DNA of 64,000 nt, taken from assembly GCA_041690595.1 (NCBI GenBank), contig JAWLHB010000014.1, positions 62,001 through 126,000 of the forward strand. Reading direction: 5' to 3'. Position numbers and translations under genes: made by a program. Origin of the DNA: Lentisphaeria bacterium. GTDB taxonomy: Bacteria > Verrucomicrobiota > Lentisphaeria > JABSQK01 > JAWLHB01. The first letter of the stretch is position 1, and each line of letters opens with the position of its first letter. Below, one piece after another: positions 54,701 through 63,908 of this stretch. Under the pieces are notes generated by a model. That model was not told where the DNA came from, made no database searches, and saw nothing but the letters and a program-made list of their open reading frames with translations.

Positions 54701-55115
54701 TCACCACCCCCAGCGGATAGAGCATCGCCTGCACCCAGTTCTTGTCCGGATCCTGTGAAACCGGATCGACGAGGAACTCGAAATGACCGGTGGGGCCGCC
54801 GCCGGCAAGCCGACGGGGCTTGCGGTCGTAGATTTCCCCCGGCCGCGTCTCCATGCGCCCCGCCAGATAGATCCGATTCTCGTGGTAGCCGAACCCATAC
54901 TCCACCTGGATCGGGTCCAGGCCAAGCCGGGCATGCTGCGCGACTCCCGTTCCGAAGAAGGCCGAATCCCATTCGCCGGGCTCGATCCGCCCGTCGAGTG
55001 TCGGCGCCTGGCTCATCGGCGGCAGGCGCATGAAGGGAGGCGCGGGATCGGCGGTGACGGTGAAGAACATGGCCAGAAAAACCAGGGATGTTAAGCGGCG
55101 GATCAAGCTGTACAT
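51777..55115 (-). CDS. Large secreted glycan-active protein (CBM9-like N-terminus, DUF6067/GH123-like C-terminal barrel)
   Basis: Signal peptide, PTLDGRIEPGEW, WTVELS.P, VLAPWSP, EFDGML, WLGDHERGL, TPVRP, WYFDE and WIPYW. Confidence 0.6.
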   Translation of the reverse strand: MYSLIRRLTSLVFLAMFFTVTADPAPPFMRLPPMSQAPTLDGRIEPGEWDSAFFGTGVAQHARLGLDPIQVEYGFGYHENRIYLAGRMETRPGEIYDRKPRRLAGGGPTGHFEFLVDPVSQDPDKNWVQAMLYPLGVVNNIGYSQRIGGFVPFDVAWEYADSWQDGWWTVELSAPADALQGARLEQGGIWGVLFAGQVRGAVNYFSGTVGEPFANRSRYYKFILDEQAPLVQVTEIGDVLGETLSPTLKVRNTLERQLRVNASFYLTDQPEKAPDAPPAALNRLSLAPGESKTSTWRLPVPGDPGAKWLHMEIVDAENGTTYFAGLYKLTRPRSPKWADFTPPPVEPILLEAYFLPYFHRVRAVADFGGLESPDTVAAVHWQVTDGEGRELAAAETSDFANLTAESVLQVPETLAVGTYTVTGRLVDKEGKQLASRSDTFEKADYPFEHNTIGVSHEVLAPWSPIVTAGSVLEVWNRRHDLSAGLPVQIESAGAELLAAPIHLVATSGGERRILTAAGGALSGDGVTASSVSHGTFGPLTARIDMQAEFDGMLKYAIELVAAPESQLESLDLVIPLKAEHAQFLHAAGDGCRTNYSHALPEGEGRVWDSTQIVNWTNPTSFLTYVWLGDHERGLCWWADSAEGWTLPRDKDTPVVEIFRRDGRVELVFHIVNYTTAAAWKGAEARRLVFALEATPVRPRAPWARDIGLCDAGVTRQQWPRFDWIGWTGWCFKGQEKENYPTNYTFAHLRPINDDAAKALAEHTAQIEKDGRKTLVYTDMRARSLIGEMEKAYAWEWAPTTGDRRKSVIMNAPHHAAYQISSTPSRIDYDMWCFQLGMDLGIDYWYFDEIQNEGQYNPATGLGYLDELGREMPTTRLFAYRDLWKRLYTLMQQRGQEIPIIVMHNTSTTYAGPMAFCTTTWDYEEINADPEQRQLTKFGMDYLITETMGHQYGFVASTLGPGGKFEPWSVDQPGAPEKVARHWMGVHMLLDMNPYLTSNAQVRHALGLLGDFGWNQPDAVWIPYWKSEELYTWSPVDHVYVSAYRRGSDLLLVALNDTNAAVTVEWKAAAGVEVEGALDAEQPEEGLEVTAAGRLAIELEAYDYRLVRLRIKP

Positions 55116-55212
55116 GGGAGATATCCGGGCATGGGTTGCAACAAAAGCAGACTGGACGGTCTGACGTCTTGCCCAACTATACTCCTTCGGCATCCCTTCT
55201 GTACACCCCCTC

Positions 55213-57615
55213 TCAGGAAAGATCCAAAAGATCCGGTAGCCGCGTGCCGAAGGGGCGGAAATGCCAGGCGGACACGTGGGTACACGCGGGCGCATCCGGC
55301 GGATCGGCAAAATTGCGTTCCCCCGCAAACTGCCCCGGCGATATGACCGCCGCATCGCCCAGATAATAATGATGCGGGCCATGCACGTTGTAGGTGCTGG
55401 GATAGAGCGCCAGTTCCAGGCGATGCATGCCGGCCGCGATCGGCATGCACAGCTCCACCTGCCAACCGCCTCCCCAGCCCCAACCCGCATGAACCCCGTC
55501 GATACTGAGCTTCGCCGCGCTCCCATCCAGCTCACCAAGACTCAACCGCGTGCCGCGCTCCAGCACCGGCAGCTCGACCTCGCGATACAACCGCACCGGC
55601 ATGCCGCAGAAGCCATAGCCCGCCCCCAGCAGATCTCCCGTAAAGGACGACGCATCGCCCGCCCCCGTCAGCCGGAATGGCCCCTCCGTCCGCACCGTCC
55701 CGTTGGGACCGACAGCCCAGCCGGAGTCGGTGATAACGCGAAACGCCCCTTCCAGAACCGCGACAATCGGCAGACCGTCGCTGCCCGTCCCGCTTACCAC
55801 CAGCTCATTCTCCGTCTCCAACCTCTCCGGCGACAGGACGACCCGATGCCACTCCCCATCCAGCTCGGCTGTCAGGTCCACGCCATTCAGCAGAAGCCGC
55901 TCCGGCGCGTCCGCCAGCAGCAGATCTACCGCCGACAGCCTCTCCGCAACATGAAAAACCGTGCGCCATCGCCCCTCGTCCACCGCGCTGAAGTCGAGCA
56001 GGTAACGGTTGACGGACGGCAGCGCGTCGAGCAGCCAGCCCTCGTTATCCAGGCGCGTGACCACGGCCGACTCCACGCTGGTCAGCGTGACCGGCCGCGG
56101 AGAACCCAGTGTGTCAGTCAAGGCGCGGGCATTCTCACCAAGGCGGCAATAGCTGCCGGCGATCACCTGACGATAGCTGCACGCCCCCACCCGCACCGTC
56201 CCATTCGGCAACCGGCGCGCGTGCGTCTCGAAGCTGCGTTCATCGCACAGATGGTAGGCCGTGCCGGCCGCGTCCAGCGCCGCCAGCTCCGTCATGAAAG
56301 CCGTGTTGAGGCAACCCGCTTCCGTCGCCGGCCACTCGTCGCCGTCGTGGATATTGCAGCGCGAAAGCTCCCATGGCTGATAGGCCGTCGCGATCGCCCG
56401 GTGCGGCGAGATCACCAGCAGCTCCGCCAGCCGATTGCGAAGCGCCGGACCGCCATCCCGCCGACGCCACGCCGCGACGGCAGCGGGAAAGGCCTCTCGC
56501 CAGGCCAGCATGTTGGGTGTCGATGGCGGCCAATCGTGAAGCGCCAGCGAGTTCAGCGCGTAATGCTGCATGTGGAGCGCAAAGTGGGTCAGGCCATTGT
56601 CCGCCAGCCATCCCAGGTGGTCGATGAAATGCTCCGGATTCACGCCCCAGCCGCCGCCGCCCGCCGCTTCGACCATGCACTCGCCCGTCCCGAACTGACA
56701 CGAAGCCGAGAGCAGTTGCCGTGGGAAGAAATTGGCGTGCGGGTAGCGCTCGAGCGAGTCGATCCCCGGCAGAGAAAAGTGGGGATAGACCTGATGGCAC
56801 GAGCCAATCAGCGGCGTCTGGAAAGCCGGATGCTCCTCACCCTTGATATGACCGGTGAAGCGCCAGCCATGCGCCTCGCACCAGCTCTTGCACGGCGTGA
56901 AAAAGCCGTCGATGATGCGATCCGTCAGAAACTCGCGGAAGCGCAGGCGAAACTCCCCGCTCTCGTCGCTGTCGACAAAGAGCAGATGCAACCGCGGCAG
57001 GAGCGGCTCCCCGTAATGCTCCTGCCAGAGGCGCGGCAGCTCCGCGCTCCAGGGCAGCAGCCCGCGTGCGGGGCTCACTTCGCAGCTTCCCAGCACCGGC
57101 TCGTCCGTGAAGATCGCCTCGACATGCTCGAAAGCGGCCGGATCCAGCGCTTCACGATAGCGCTCATGCGTCATCGCGATGAACTGCGCCGTGGCGGCTG
57201 GATTCAGATAGTCGAGGCCATGCCCGTGGCGCATGCTCAGGCTCACCCGAGCCCCGTCGCCCATTGTGAAGCTTACCAGCGCATCGCTCGTCTCTCCGTC
57301 AACCGCCTCCAGCCAGCAGGTGCGGTACTCCGGAAAGCGCGCCGGCAGCTCTCCGCCGACCGTCCCCGACGGCCATCCATTCTCGTCATAAAGCCAGAAG
57401 GTCATCCCCAGGTCGCGCGCCCGCAGGATCGTCCGCGACAGCAGCCGCATGTACGCATCCCCCAGGTAGGCAGGGCGATTCGGGTAGAAGCGCGGATGAA
57501 AGCAGACCCCATCAAAGCCATCCGCGCGCATGCTCTCCAGCTGCCGCGCCAACCGCGTCTCATCCAGCTCGCCGTTGATTGACCAGAACGAAAGCAGATT
57601 CAGCTTAGTTTCCAT
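55213..57615 (-). CDS. GH106-like (alpha-L-rhamnosidase-like) glycoside hydrolase
   Basis: FWSINGEL, HPR, WLYDENGWPSG, DYLNP, IFTDEP, FTGH, PGID and DWPPS motifs. Confidence 0.75.
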   Translation of the reverse strand: METKLNLLSFWSINGELDETRLARQLESMRADGFDGVCFHPRFYPNRPAYLGDAYMRLLSRTILRARDLGMTFWLYDENGWPSGTVGGELPARFPEYRTCWLEAVDGETSDALVSFTMGDGARVSLSMRHGHGLDYLNPAATAQFIAMTHERYREALDPAAFEHVEAIFTDEPVLGSCEVSPARGLLPWSAELPRLWQEHYGEPLLPRLHLLFVDSDESGEFRLRFREFLTDRIIDGFFTPCKSWCEAHGWRFTGHIKGEEHPAFQTPLIGSCHQVYPHFSLPGIDSLERYPHANFFPRQLLSASCQFGTGECMVEAAGGGGWGVNPEHFIDHLGWLADNGLTHFALHMQHYALNSLALHDWPPSTPNMLAWREAFPAAVAAWRRRDGGPALRNRLAELLVISPHRAIATAYQPWELSRCNIHDGDEWPATEAGCLNTAFMTELAALDAAGTAYHLCDERSFETHARRLPNGTVRVGACSYRQVIAGSYCRLGENARALTDTLGSPRPVTLTSVESAVVTRLDNEGWLLDALPSVNRYLLDFSAVDEGRWRTVFHVAERLSAVDLLLADAPERLLLNGVDLTAELDGEWHRVVLSPERLETENELVVSGTGSDGLPIVAVLEGAFRVITDSGWAVGPNGTVRTEGPFRLTGAGDASSFTGDLLGAGYGFCGMPVRLYREVELPVLERGTRLSLGELDGSAAKLSIDGVHAGWGWGGGWQVELCMPIAAGMHRLELALYPSTYNVHGPHHYYLGDAAVISPGQFAGERNFADPPDAPACTHVSAWHFRPFGTRLPDLLDLS

Positions 57616-57748
57616 GCCTGAATAGACAGCCCCAATCCCCCAAATGGAAGCCCCCCCTCCCGAAAATTCACGCCTTGCCCGCCCCCCCGTATCAGCTCAA
57701 AGAAAACGCAAACGGCCCGCCACGGGTTCTGCCATCCCTTCCCACATC

Positions 57749-58639
57749 TCAGACAAAGCCGGGGAGCATCAGATCGCCCTGCCCTTTGACCGGTGCACAG
57801 CTCGTGTGCGAGGTCAGATCCAGCAGCGTCTCGACCTGGCCCGCCGCCCGCATTACCTGATACAGGTCAATGCTGTCGGTGGTCGTGTTCGTCTTTACGA
57901 AGTTGGCCAGGTAGCTCTCAGCCTTGGAGTGGACACCGTTCCGGGCGCACACCAGGAAGGAGACGGATTCAGCCTCAAGCTCCTCCTTCTCAATCGTCAG
58001 CGGGATCCGCTTTGGTATGTTCAGTGCCTTGTTCCATCCGATGTGCCCGAGGAACAGATGCCCCAGTTCGTGGGTCAGGGTGGCGAACTGGACCGGCACC
58101 GAATGGTTCTGGTTGATTTTCAGAAGATAGGTGCTGATCTCCCTGTTGTTGATCTTCAGCTTCCCATTCGTGCGGATCGAACCCGCCTGCTGGTCACCGG
58201 CATCGATGAAGGAGCAGGTGATATGCCTCTTCGTCATCAACGGCAGGAAGCCGCGCATCTGGATGTCGTTGATGGCGCCCCGGGCGAAGAAGGAATCCAC
58301 GTCCTCGGGAAGATCCTTGCCCTCGGTGTCCTGAACATCGTAGACAAGTGCCACCGGGCCGAAAGGCCAGAGAATCAGCAGCGGCCGTGCGTCCTCCTTA
58401 ATTTTGCGTCCAAAGCGAGTCCACCAGTCATTGGCCGATGCCGCATAGCGCAGCCCCGGCTTTTGCACTTGCAACAGCATTGCGTTAAAGGGGGCGAAGT
58501 TCCGTAGCCGAACCACGAAGTCGAGCAGATCCTTGTAGTCGCTGCTCTGCGTGTAAAGGCACGAATCGATAAGAAGCTGGTCCAGCATGGACCTGGTTTC
58601 CGCAACTTCGTAATCTAAAGGCTCAGGCTGTATATCCAT
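57749..58639 (-). CDS. ArdC-like ssDNA-binding domain plus zincin (ImmA/IrrE-like) metalloprotease
   Basis: FAPFNAMLL..QKP..A...W..FGR.IK...L.IL.P..VYDV.DTEG N-domain; HELGH; EELEAESVSFLVC..SYL. Confidence 0.78.
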   Translation of the reverse strand: MDIQPEPLDYEVAETRSMLDQLLIDSCLYTQSSDYKDLLDFVVRLRNFAPFNAMLLQVQKPGLRYAASANDWWTRFGRKIKEDARPLLILWPFGPVALVYDVQDTEGKDLPEDVDSFFARGAINDIQMRGFLPLMTKRHITCSFIDAGDQQAGSIRTNGKLKINNREISTYLLKINQNHSVPVQFATLTHELGHLFLGHIGWNKALNIPKRIPLTIEKEELEAESVSFLVCARNGVHSKAESYLANFVKTNTTTDSIDLYQVMRAAGQVETLLDLTSHTSCAPVKGQGDLMLPGFV

Positions 58640-58642
58640 CGA

Positions 58643-60670
58643 TTACGTCATTCCCAGCGCTTTCATGGCGGCGGTCATGGGGTCGGAGAAGAACACCGGA
58701 TCGACCCGCTCGACCACGTCACCGGAAACTTCGAGGAAGTTGCGCTTGTTCTCCAAGGGCACGAGGGCACGACGGCCACCGTTGTCCATGGCAACTTGAA
58801 GCGGCTCGGAGAGGGAGCGGACGGGCTTGATGTTGCCTTGGATGCTGAGGTCGCCCATGATCACGAGGCCGGGCAGCACGGGGTGCTTCTTTATGGCTGA
58901 GTAGACCGCGACGACCAGCGCGATCCCGGCTTCGCAGGGCACATGGTTGCTGAGCAGGTCGATAGCCTCGATATGGAAGTCGGTGGTGTCGAACTGCTGC
59001 CCCACGCCCATGGCGACCTTGTGCCCGTTGAGGTAGGCGAAGGCCCGGTTGATCGACTCTTTCATGGAGCCATCGACGCCACCGGCGATCTTGAGCTTGC
59101 CCGTTCCGGGAGCGGTGCCGACCTCAAGTCGGTAGAGTCCCACGCGCCCCTGGTCGTCAACAGATGCCGTGTAGACGGAGCCAGGGGCCAGCGGGTCGGT
59201 GGAGATCATGTCCTTGCCGCCCTGTTCGGGGACGCCGACGTGCCGTTCTTCCCGCGTCTCGTTGTCGATGAAGGAGAACGACGTCTGATGGTACTCGAAG
59301 GAGCCCATCTTCTTGAGCTGCTCTTTCACCCGCCGCCGCCCCTCAAGAGCGATGGACAGCAATTCCGCCAGTTCTTCACCGGTCAGATTGCCATCGGGAT
59401 AGATGAGCTTGACGAGCCCCGACACGGTCTTGCGCACGGCCTTCACGTCGCGGGCGTTCAGGTGTGCGCCCAGCGAGTAGTGGCGGTCGACGATCTCGGT
59501 GTAGTTGTGCCGTCGGAGTTCGCGCAGAGCTTCGGCCAGGTAGTCGACAACCATGCCATAGCCATCGGTGAAGAATTCCATCCGCATCTTTGGAATTTCC
59601 CAACCGGGCAGATAGTAGTGGATGCGGTCGAGAAAGGCCATGTCCTCACGAATCACATCCGGCAGCGGCGCGAACAGATGCGAAGATCGAACCATGACCT
59701 CGACCGGCTGGTTTGTGTTGCCGAACATGGCCAGAGAAGCCATCCCGGACATCGCCTCTTTGCCCCGTGCAAAGGTGCCGGACTCGCAGTAGGTCTTCAG
59801 GGTCGTCACGACCTCTTTGGGCATCTTCTGAAGGTCGGCCACCTCATCGAAACCGATGGCGTCCCAGATGCCAACCAGCCCCATCTTCCCGCTGACCATG
59901 TTGTAGAAGAGGTTGGCCACCGTTGTCGGCCCGGTCAGGAGGATCGAATATGGTGACAGCTCCTGGTAGGCGTAGCTCTTGCCCGTGCCCCGGGGACCGA
60001 GTTCGATCAGGTTGTAGTTGTGTTCACACAGCGGGATCAGGCGGACCAGGAAGAGCAGCTTCAGGCGGCGGTCGAAATGCGAAGGCTCAAGACCCACGGT
60101 GCGCAGCAGCAGGTCAATCCACTCGTCGGTCGCCAGCTCCCGGCGGCAGGCGCGGTATTCCTCCAAGTCGAAGGTCGCCACTTGGATCGGCTTCAGGCTT
60201 TCAATCCAAAATGGACTCCGTTTGCCCTTGGCCTCTTCGTCATACTGGTGGCGAAGCTCCACCTGCGCCCAGATACCGCCCATCAGCAGGCGGTCATAGT
60301 CGCGAAGATAGTGTTCAGGCACATGAACGTTCCGGTGGCCGAAATTGACCAGCTCGGCCCAGTGTTTATCGTCATCTGAAAGGTATCGCACCTTTATCTT
60401 GTCAATGAAGGTGTGCGTCCCCTTGTCCTTGACCATGGACTGGGCCTTATTTGCCTCGTCGGACCGAACAAAGTTATCCGACAGCATGCTATTGACCACA
60501 CGGAGCCCGGCGTCGATGGCGGCCGGGTCATCCGTGGCACAATACTTACCCAGAAGGTATTCAAGCACGAAGACCGGCACATTCGCCCCAACCTTGATCT
60601 TGCGGACCAAGTCCTTGCGAACGACCTTGCCAGCGAAGATTTGAGTTGCTCTATTATCGGTATTTAACAT
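58643..60670 (-). CDS. brxL: BREX Lon-like ATPase BrxL
   Basis: GKVVRKDL..GANVPVFVLEYLLGKYC, ELGPRGTGKS, FDEVA, DMAFLDRIH..PGWEIPK and EGRRRVKEQLKK; Lon-like C-terminal fold. Confidence 0.95.
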   Translation of the reverse strand: MLNTDNRATQIFAGKVVRKDLVRKIKVGANVPVFVLEYLLGKYCATDDPAAIDAGLRVVNSMLSDNFVRSDEANKAQSMVKDKGTHTFIDKIKVRYLSDDDKHWAELVNFGHRNVHVPEHYLRDYDRLLMGGIWAQVELRHQYDEEAKGKRSPFWIESLKPIQVATFDLEEYRACRRELATDEWIDLLLRTVGLEPSHFDRRLKLLFLVRLIPLCEHNYNLIELGPRGTGKSYAYQELSPYSILLTGPTTVANLFYNMVSGKMGLVGIWDAIGFDEVADLQKMPKEVVTTLKTYCESGTFARGKEAMSGMASLAMFGNTNQPVEVMVRSSHLFAPLPDVIREDMAFLDRIHYYLPGWEIPKMRMEFFTDGYGMVVDYLAEALRELRRHNYTEIVDRHYSLGAHLNARDVKAVRKTVSGLVKLIYPDGNLTGEELAELLSIALEGRRRVKEQLKKMGSFEYHQTSFSFIDNETREERHVGVPEQGGKDMISTDPLAPGSVYTASVDDQGRVGLYRLEVGTAPGTGKLKIAGGVDGSMKESINRAFAYLNGHKVAMGVGQQFDTTDFHIEAIDLLSNHVPCEAGIALVVAVYSAIKKHPVLPGLVIMGDLSIQGNIKPVRSLSEPLQVAMDNGGRRALVPLENKRNFLEVSGDVVERVDPVFFSDPMTAAMKALGMT

Positions 60671-60680
60671 ATGCAAACCT

Positions 60681-63287
60681 CTAAATGGAAATGGCCACTT
60701 CGATCTTATCGATTCGTGCAAGCTCAACCCCGGTGGTGGCTTCAAACAAGCTCAGGGAGACGATTTTCTGGTCAGGTTCTTCGAGCAGCATCAGAGTAAC
60801 CGTGTCCGGCGCCACCATCTTGGGATTGGTTTCGTCCTTACGCAATTTCACGTCACCGCTGGCTTCATCGAACCCGTAGGACGCGCTGATGGGGCGCGAA
60901 AGAGTCTTGCCCTTCGAGCGGAGTTCGACCCGCACAGCGGGTGGCTTAAGCTCGAAGAGCCCTGTGTTGGCTCCGCCAATCTGCACCGAGAAGAACCGTG
61001 TGCTGAGCTTCGGACTGCCAAGCGTGATCTTCCAGTCGATGCCGAGCAATGAACCTGCTGTGGCTCTTACGGCAGGTTTGAGCACCATGACGGGGATGAC
61101 CAGCTCCTGGGGAGACAGCCCGCCATGGAAATAGGCGGAGGCCCCTCCCTTCACCTTGAAACAGGCGAAGGTCCACGGCGAGGCCAAATCGTACTCGCCG
61201 TCCATACCGAAGGCGCTCAGGGGGCCACGCACACAGGCCTCGTTGACATTGCCGCCATTGCCGACCCAGACCCGGCGGTGCAGGTCAACGGTGTTCCCGC
61301 CCGGCGCATCGACCTTCATGTCCTCGCTCAATTCGTCGGCGAAGAGGTGGCCGTGATCCGAGGCCAGGACGATCCGCTGCACGCCGACGTCCGCCAGCAC
61401 GCGAATGCCGCGACGCAGGTCGTTGAGCACGCCGTCCATCTGGCGGCGGGCCTGGGTGATGTTGTCCTGCTCACACAGCTCGTCGATCTCTTGAGACGTG
61501 ACCAGAATCAGTTCGGCGGCGGCGATCCCCGCCTGCGTTTTCTTGGATGGTTTGGGCAACAGGCTGTCCAGCTTCGTCTCGAAGACCGAAACTCCGGCGC
61601 GTTGTGTCAGCAGCGTCACGCGGTCCTTGCGGTTCTTGACCACGGCTCCGTCCACGTCCAACGCCAGCTTGCCGCTTCCAGCGGACACCACCTTGGCCAT
61701 CACGTCCGCGCCTGGCAGGAGGGCGGCCATACCGATCTCGGTCACGGTTGGCACCGCCGCCACGACAGCTTCGAGTTCCACCTCGAAATCCGCCCGCAAC
61801 AGACGCCCGAGTTCCCTCGCCATCTCAAAGCGCAACGCATCCACCCACACATAGGCAACCTTCTCCTTGCCCAGTAGCGGCTTCACGCGACTTTGGAAGA
61901 TCTGGCGCTGGTGCAGCACGCCGCCCTTCGACACGCCATCGTGGCGCAGGCGGTCAGCGAACTCACGTGCGAGAACGGAGCCAGCCTCCACATAGCGCCG
62001 CCGCGCCCTGATGACCAGTTTCTCGATGCTCTCGTGGTCACCGCCGATCTGGGGCTCGAAGCTGTGCCACAGACTCTCCATGTGACGGTGGTGCGTATCC
62101 AGCACGCACCAGGGCTGCGGACTCTTTGCGTATTCGTTCAGAATGCCGACGAACGTGGCCGGAGCGGTCTGCATCGCCTTCTGGACGCAGTCGGCCTCGA
62201 GCAGCACTTCCGCAGCGGAAGCGACCAAGGCCCATCGAGCCTGGAGGCGCGGCTCCACGTCGCACCAGAATCGGGCGAGGCGGGAGGTCGCCAAAGCCAG
62301 CAATTCGCCGTCGGTCGCCTCCAGTAGACGGCTTTCGACACGGCGCAGCAGGGCCCGTTCGATGGCGGCGAACGTCTCAACGTCGGTAATGGCTTCAGCG
62401 GGCAAGGCCATCGCCTGCAGTGCCAGCTCCTGCTCGACCCTGTTCGCGGCGACCACGTAACTGTCGCGGGTGTCGCGGCGCAGCCGCCAGGATCGGGCCA
62501 GTTCCACGCATGCGTCCCTGGACGCGGCCGTGGGCGCGACAGTGGCCGTCTTCAGCGCCTCCGGGGCTGCCTCTCCCAGTCCTGCCAGCAAATCGGTGAC
62601 GAGAACGTGTCGGGCCAACCTTTCGCGAATGGCTTCCAGGTTGTCGTCCGCCGCGATATCGCATGCATAGGCATGTCGCAGCAAGTCAGCCAGTTCGCCT
62701 TCGGCGCTCTTCTTGCCGATCTCCACGTCTTGGCCGTTGCTGGCCAGAAAGGCAAGGCCGACTTCCTGGGCATTGCCGGTGCCGAACACCAAGGCCAGAA
62801 CCCCCTTCGATATCTCGCCGCCCTTCTCGGCCAGGGCGTTCAGATCGGCCAGCGTCAGCTTCCCGGCCTCGGCCTGTTTCTCCACCTCGGCCGCCGTCTC
62901 GTCGCCGAGGATACTCTTCAGGGCATTCCTGGCAACGACAGCGAGGCGTGTGTTGCGCGCCGGGGGCTGCTGGCCCGGCTGCATGACCACGCCCGCCGTC
63001 TCCAGTTCGGTCAGAGCCCGGTGTGTCTCATCCTGGGCCAGCGGCACATACACAACCAGGCGCGGAGGCTGATTACCGTCCATCAGATGACGTTGGTCGA
63101 TCTCCCAGCGCAGCTGCAGGAAGCTGTCGCAGTAGTGCAGGACGGTCGTGTTCGGCAGGGCGAGTCCGGCAGCCACGTCGGCATAGACGCCGTCAGGGTC
63201 ATACCACACGACCAAGCCATTGTCGTCGACCTGTCTGGCGACTTGGCCAACCACATACTTGCTGACTATGCCGATGACACCCTTCAT
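60681..63287 (-). CDS. pglZ: BREX PglZ alkaline-phosphatase-family protein
   Basis: VVWYDP N-terminus, VDALRFE, PTVT..GMAALLP, ID, SDHGH and HGGLSPQELVIP; adjacent to brxL. Confidence 0.93.
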   Translation of the reverse strand: MKGVIGIVSKYVVGQVARQVDDNGLVVWYDPDGVYADVAAGLALPNTTVLHYCDSFLQLRWEIDQRHLMDGNQPPRLVVYVPLAQDETHRALTELETAGVVMQPGQQPPARNTRLAVVARNALKSILGDETAAEVEKQAEAGKLTLADLNALAEKGGEISKGVLALVFGTGNAQEVGLAFLASNGQDVEIGKKSAEGELADLLRHAYACDIAADDNLEAIRERLARHVLVTDLLAGLGEAAPEALKTATVAPTAASRDACVELARSWRLRRDTRDSYVVAANRVEQELALQAMALPAEAITDVETFAAIERALLRRVESRLLEATDGELLALATSRLARFWCDVEPRLQARWALVASAAEVLLEADCVQKAMQTAPATFVGILNEYAKSPQPWCVLDTHHRHMESLWHSFEPQIGGDHESIEKLVIRARRRYVEAGSVLAREFADRLRHDGVSKGGVLHQRQIFQSRVKPLLGKEKVAYVWVDALRFEMARELGRLLRADFEVELEAVVAAVPTVTEIGMAALLPGADVMAKVVSAGSGKLALDVDGAVVKNRKDRVTLLTQRAGVSVFETKLDSLLPKPSKKTQAGIAAAELILVTSQEIDELCEQDNITQARRQMDGVLNDLRRGIRVLADVGVQRIVLASDHGHLFADELSEDMKVDAPGGNTVDLHRRVWVGNGGNVNEACVRGPLSAFGMDGEYDLASPWTFACFKVKGGASAYFHGGLSPQELVIPVMVLKPAVRATAGSLLGIDWKITLGSPKLSTRFFSVQIGGANTGLFELKPPAVRVELRSKGKTLSRPISASYGFDEASGDVKLRKDETNPKMVAPDTVTLMLLEEPDQKIVSLSLFEATTGVELARIDKIEVAISI

Positions 63288-63290
63288 ACG

Positions 63291-63908
63291 CTATAGCCCC
63301 GCTGCTTTCGCCAGTTTCAGCATCTCGTCCAGCATTTCCGTGAGTCGCGGACACTTGTTTCTGGCCTTCTCTGGGGAGAGTTTGTCAAACAACTCTTTGC
63401 CCTGAGTAACCTTCTTGTAGCTCCGCTTCAGCCGATCTCCGTACAGCCGGTCGAGCAGCTTGGCCGGCGGCTCGTTGAAGTTCACCGTCTCGGGGTTCTT
63501 CGCCTTTCCGGGGAAACCGCTCTTGATCTCCTTGGGAAAGAGGGTCAGATCGCTAAGCAACCACGCTTCGACCTCATGAACGGCAAAAAACTGCCGGAAC
63601 TTGTCCTGGCCTACTCTCTCCTCCATATGCTTCTTCGCCCAGTCGTACCGCTTATCGGCCGCATTCAGATGCTCTGGATAGAACGTGGGGCCGTAGAGGT
63701 CGAGCAAGGAGATCACCGCGATCACGTCTGTTTCCTTCAGACGCAATTGTGCCTTCTTGGGGGCGCCCTCATAGAGGTCCCGCCACCCTCCGAACTTGAC
63801 GGGAGCAATCCCGACAGGCTGTGAAAGCTTGTCATCCAACCAACGTTTGAAAAAGGCTGGCAGCGATTTCCTCTCGGTCGGCCCCTCGCAGAAGAGTACG
63901 AATTTCAT
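63291..63908 (-). CDS. DUF4276-family protein with Toprim-like motifs
   Basis: FCEGPTE, LLDLYG, HEVEAWLLSD, PETVN..PP, YKKVTQG and KCP motifs. Confidence 0.8.
   Translation of the reverse strand: MKFVLFCEGPTERKSLPAFFKRWLDDKLSQPVGIAPVKFGGWRDLYEGAPKKAQLRLKETDVIAVISLLDLYGPTFYPEHLNAADKRYDWAKKHMEERVGQDKFRQFFAVHEVEAWLLSDLTLFPKEIKSGFPGKAKNPETVNFNEPPAKLLDRLYGDRLKRSYKKVTQGKELFDKLSPEKARNKCPRLTEMLDEMLKLAKAAGL

Noticed and set aside
55116..55538. 5' extensions of ORF-track calls (also 44254-44451, 50483-50692, 11738-12001, 13263-13469, 60671-60745)
   Set aside because: They overlap neighbouring genes or promoters; downstream starts fit signal peptides, RBSs or family N-termini better.
57616..57748. Possible att site or tRNA fragment at the BREX island edge; C-runs resembling the G-run at 27230-27240
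   Set aside because: No tRNA T-arm/CCA, no integrase, and only low-complexity similarity.
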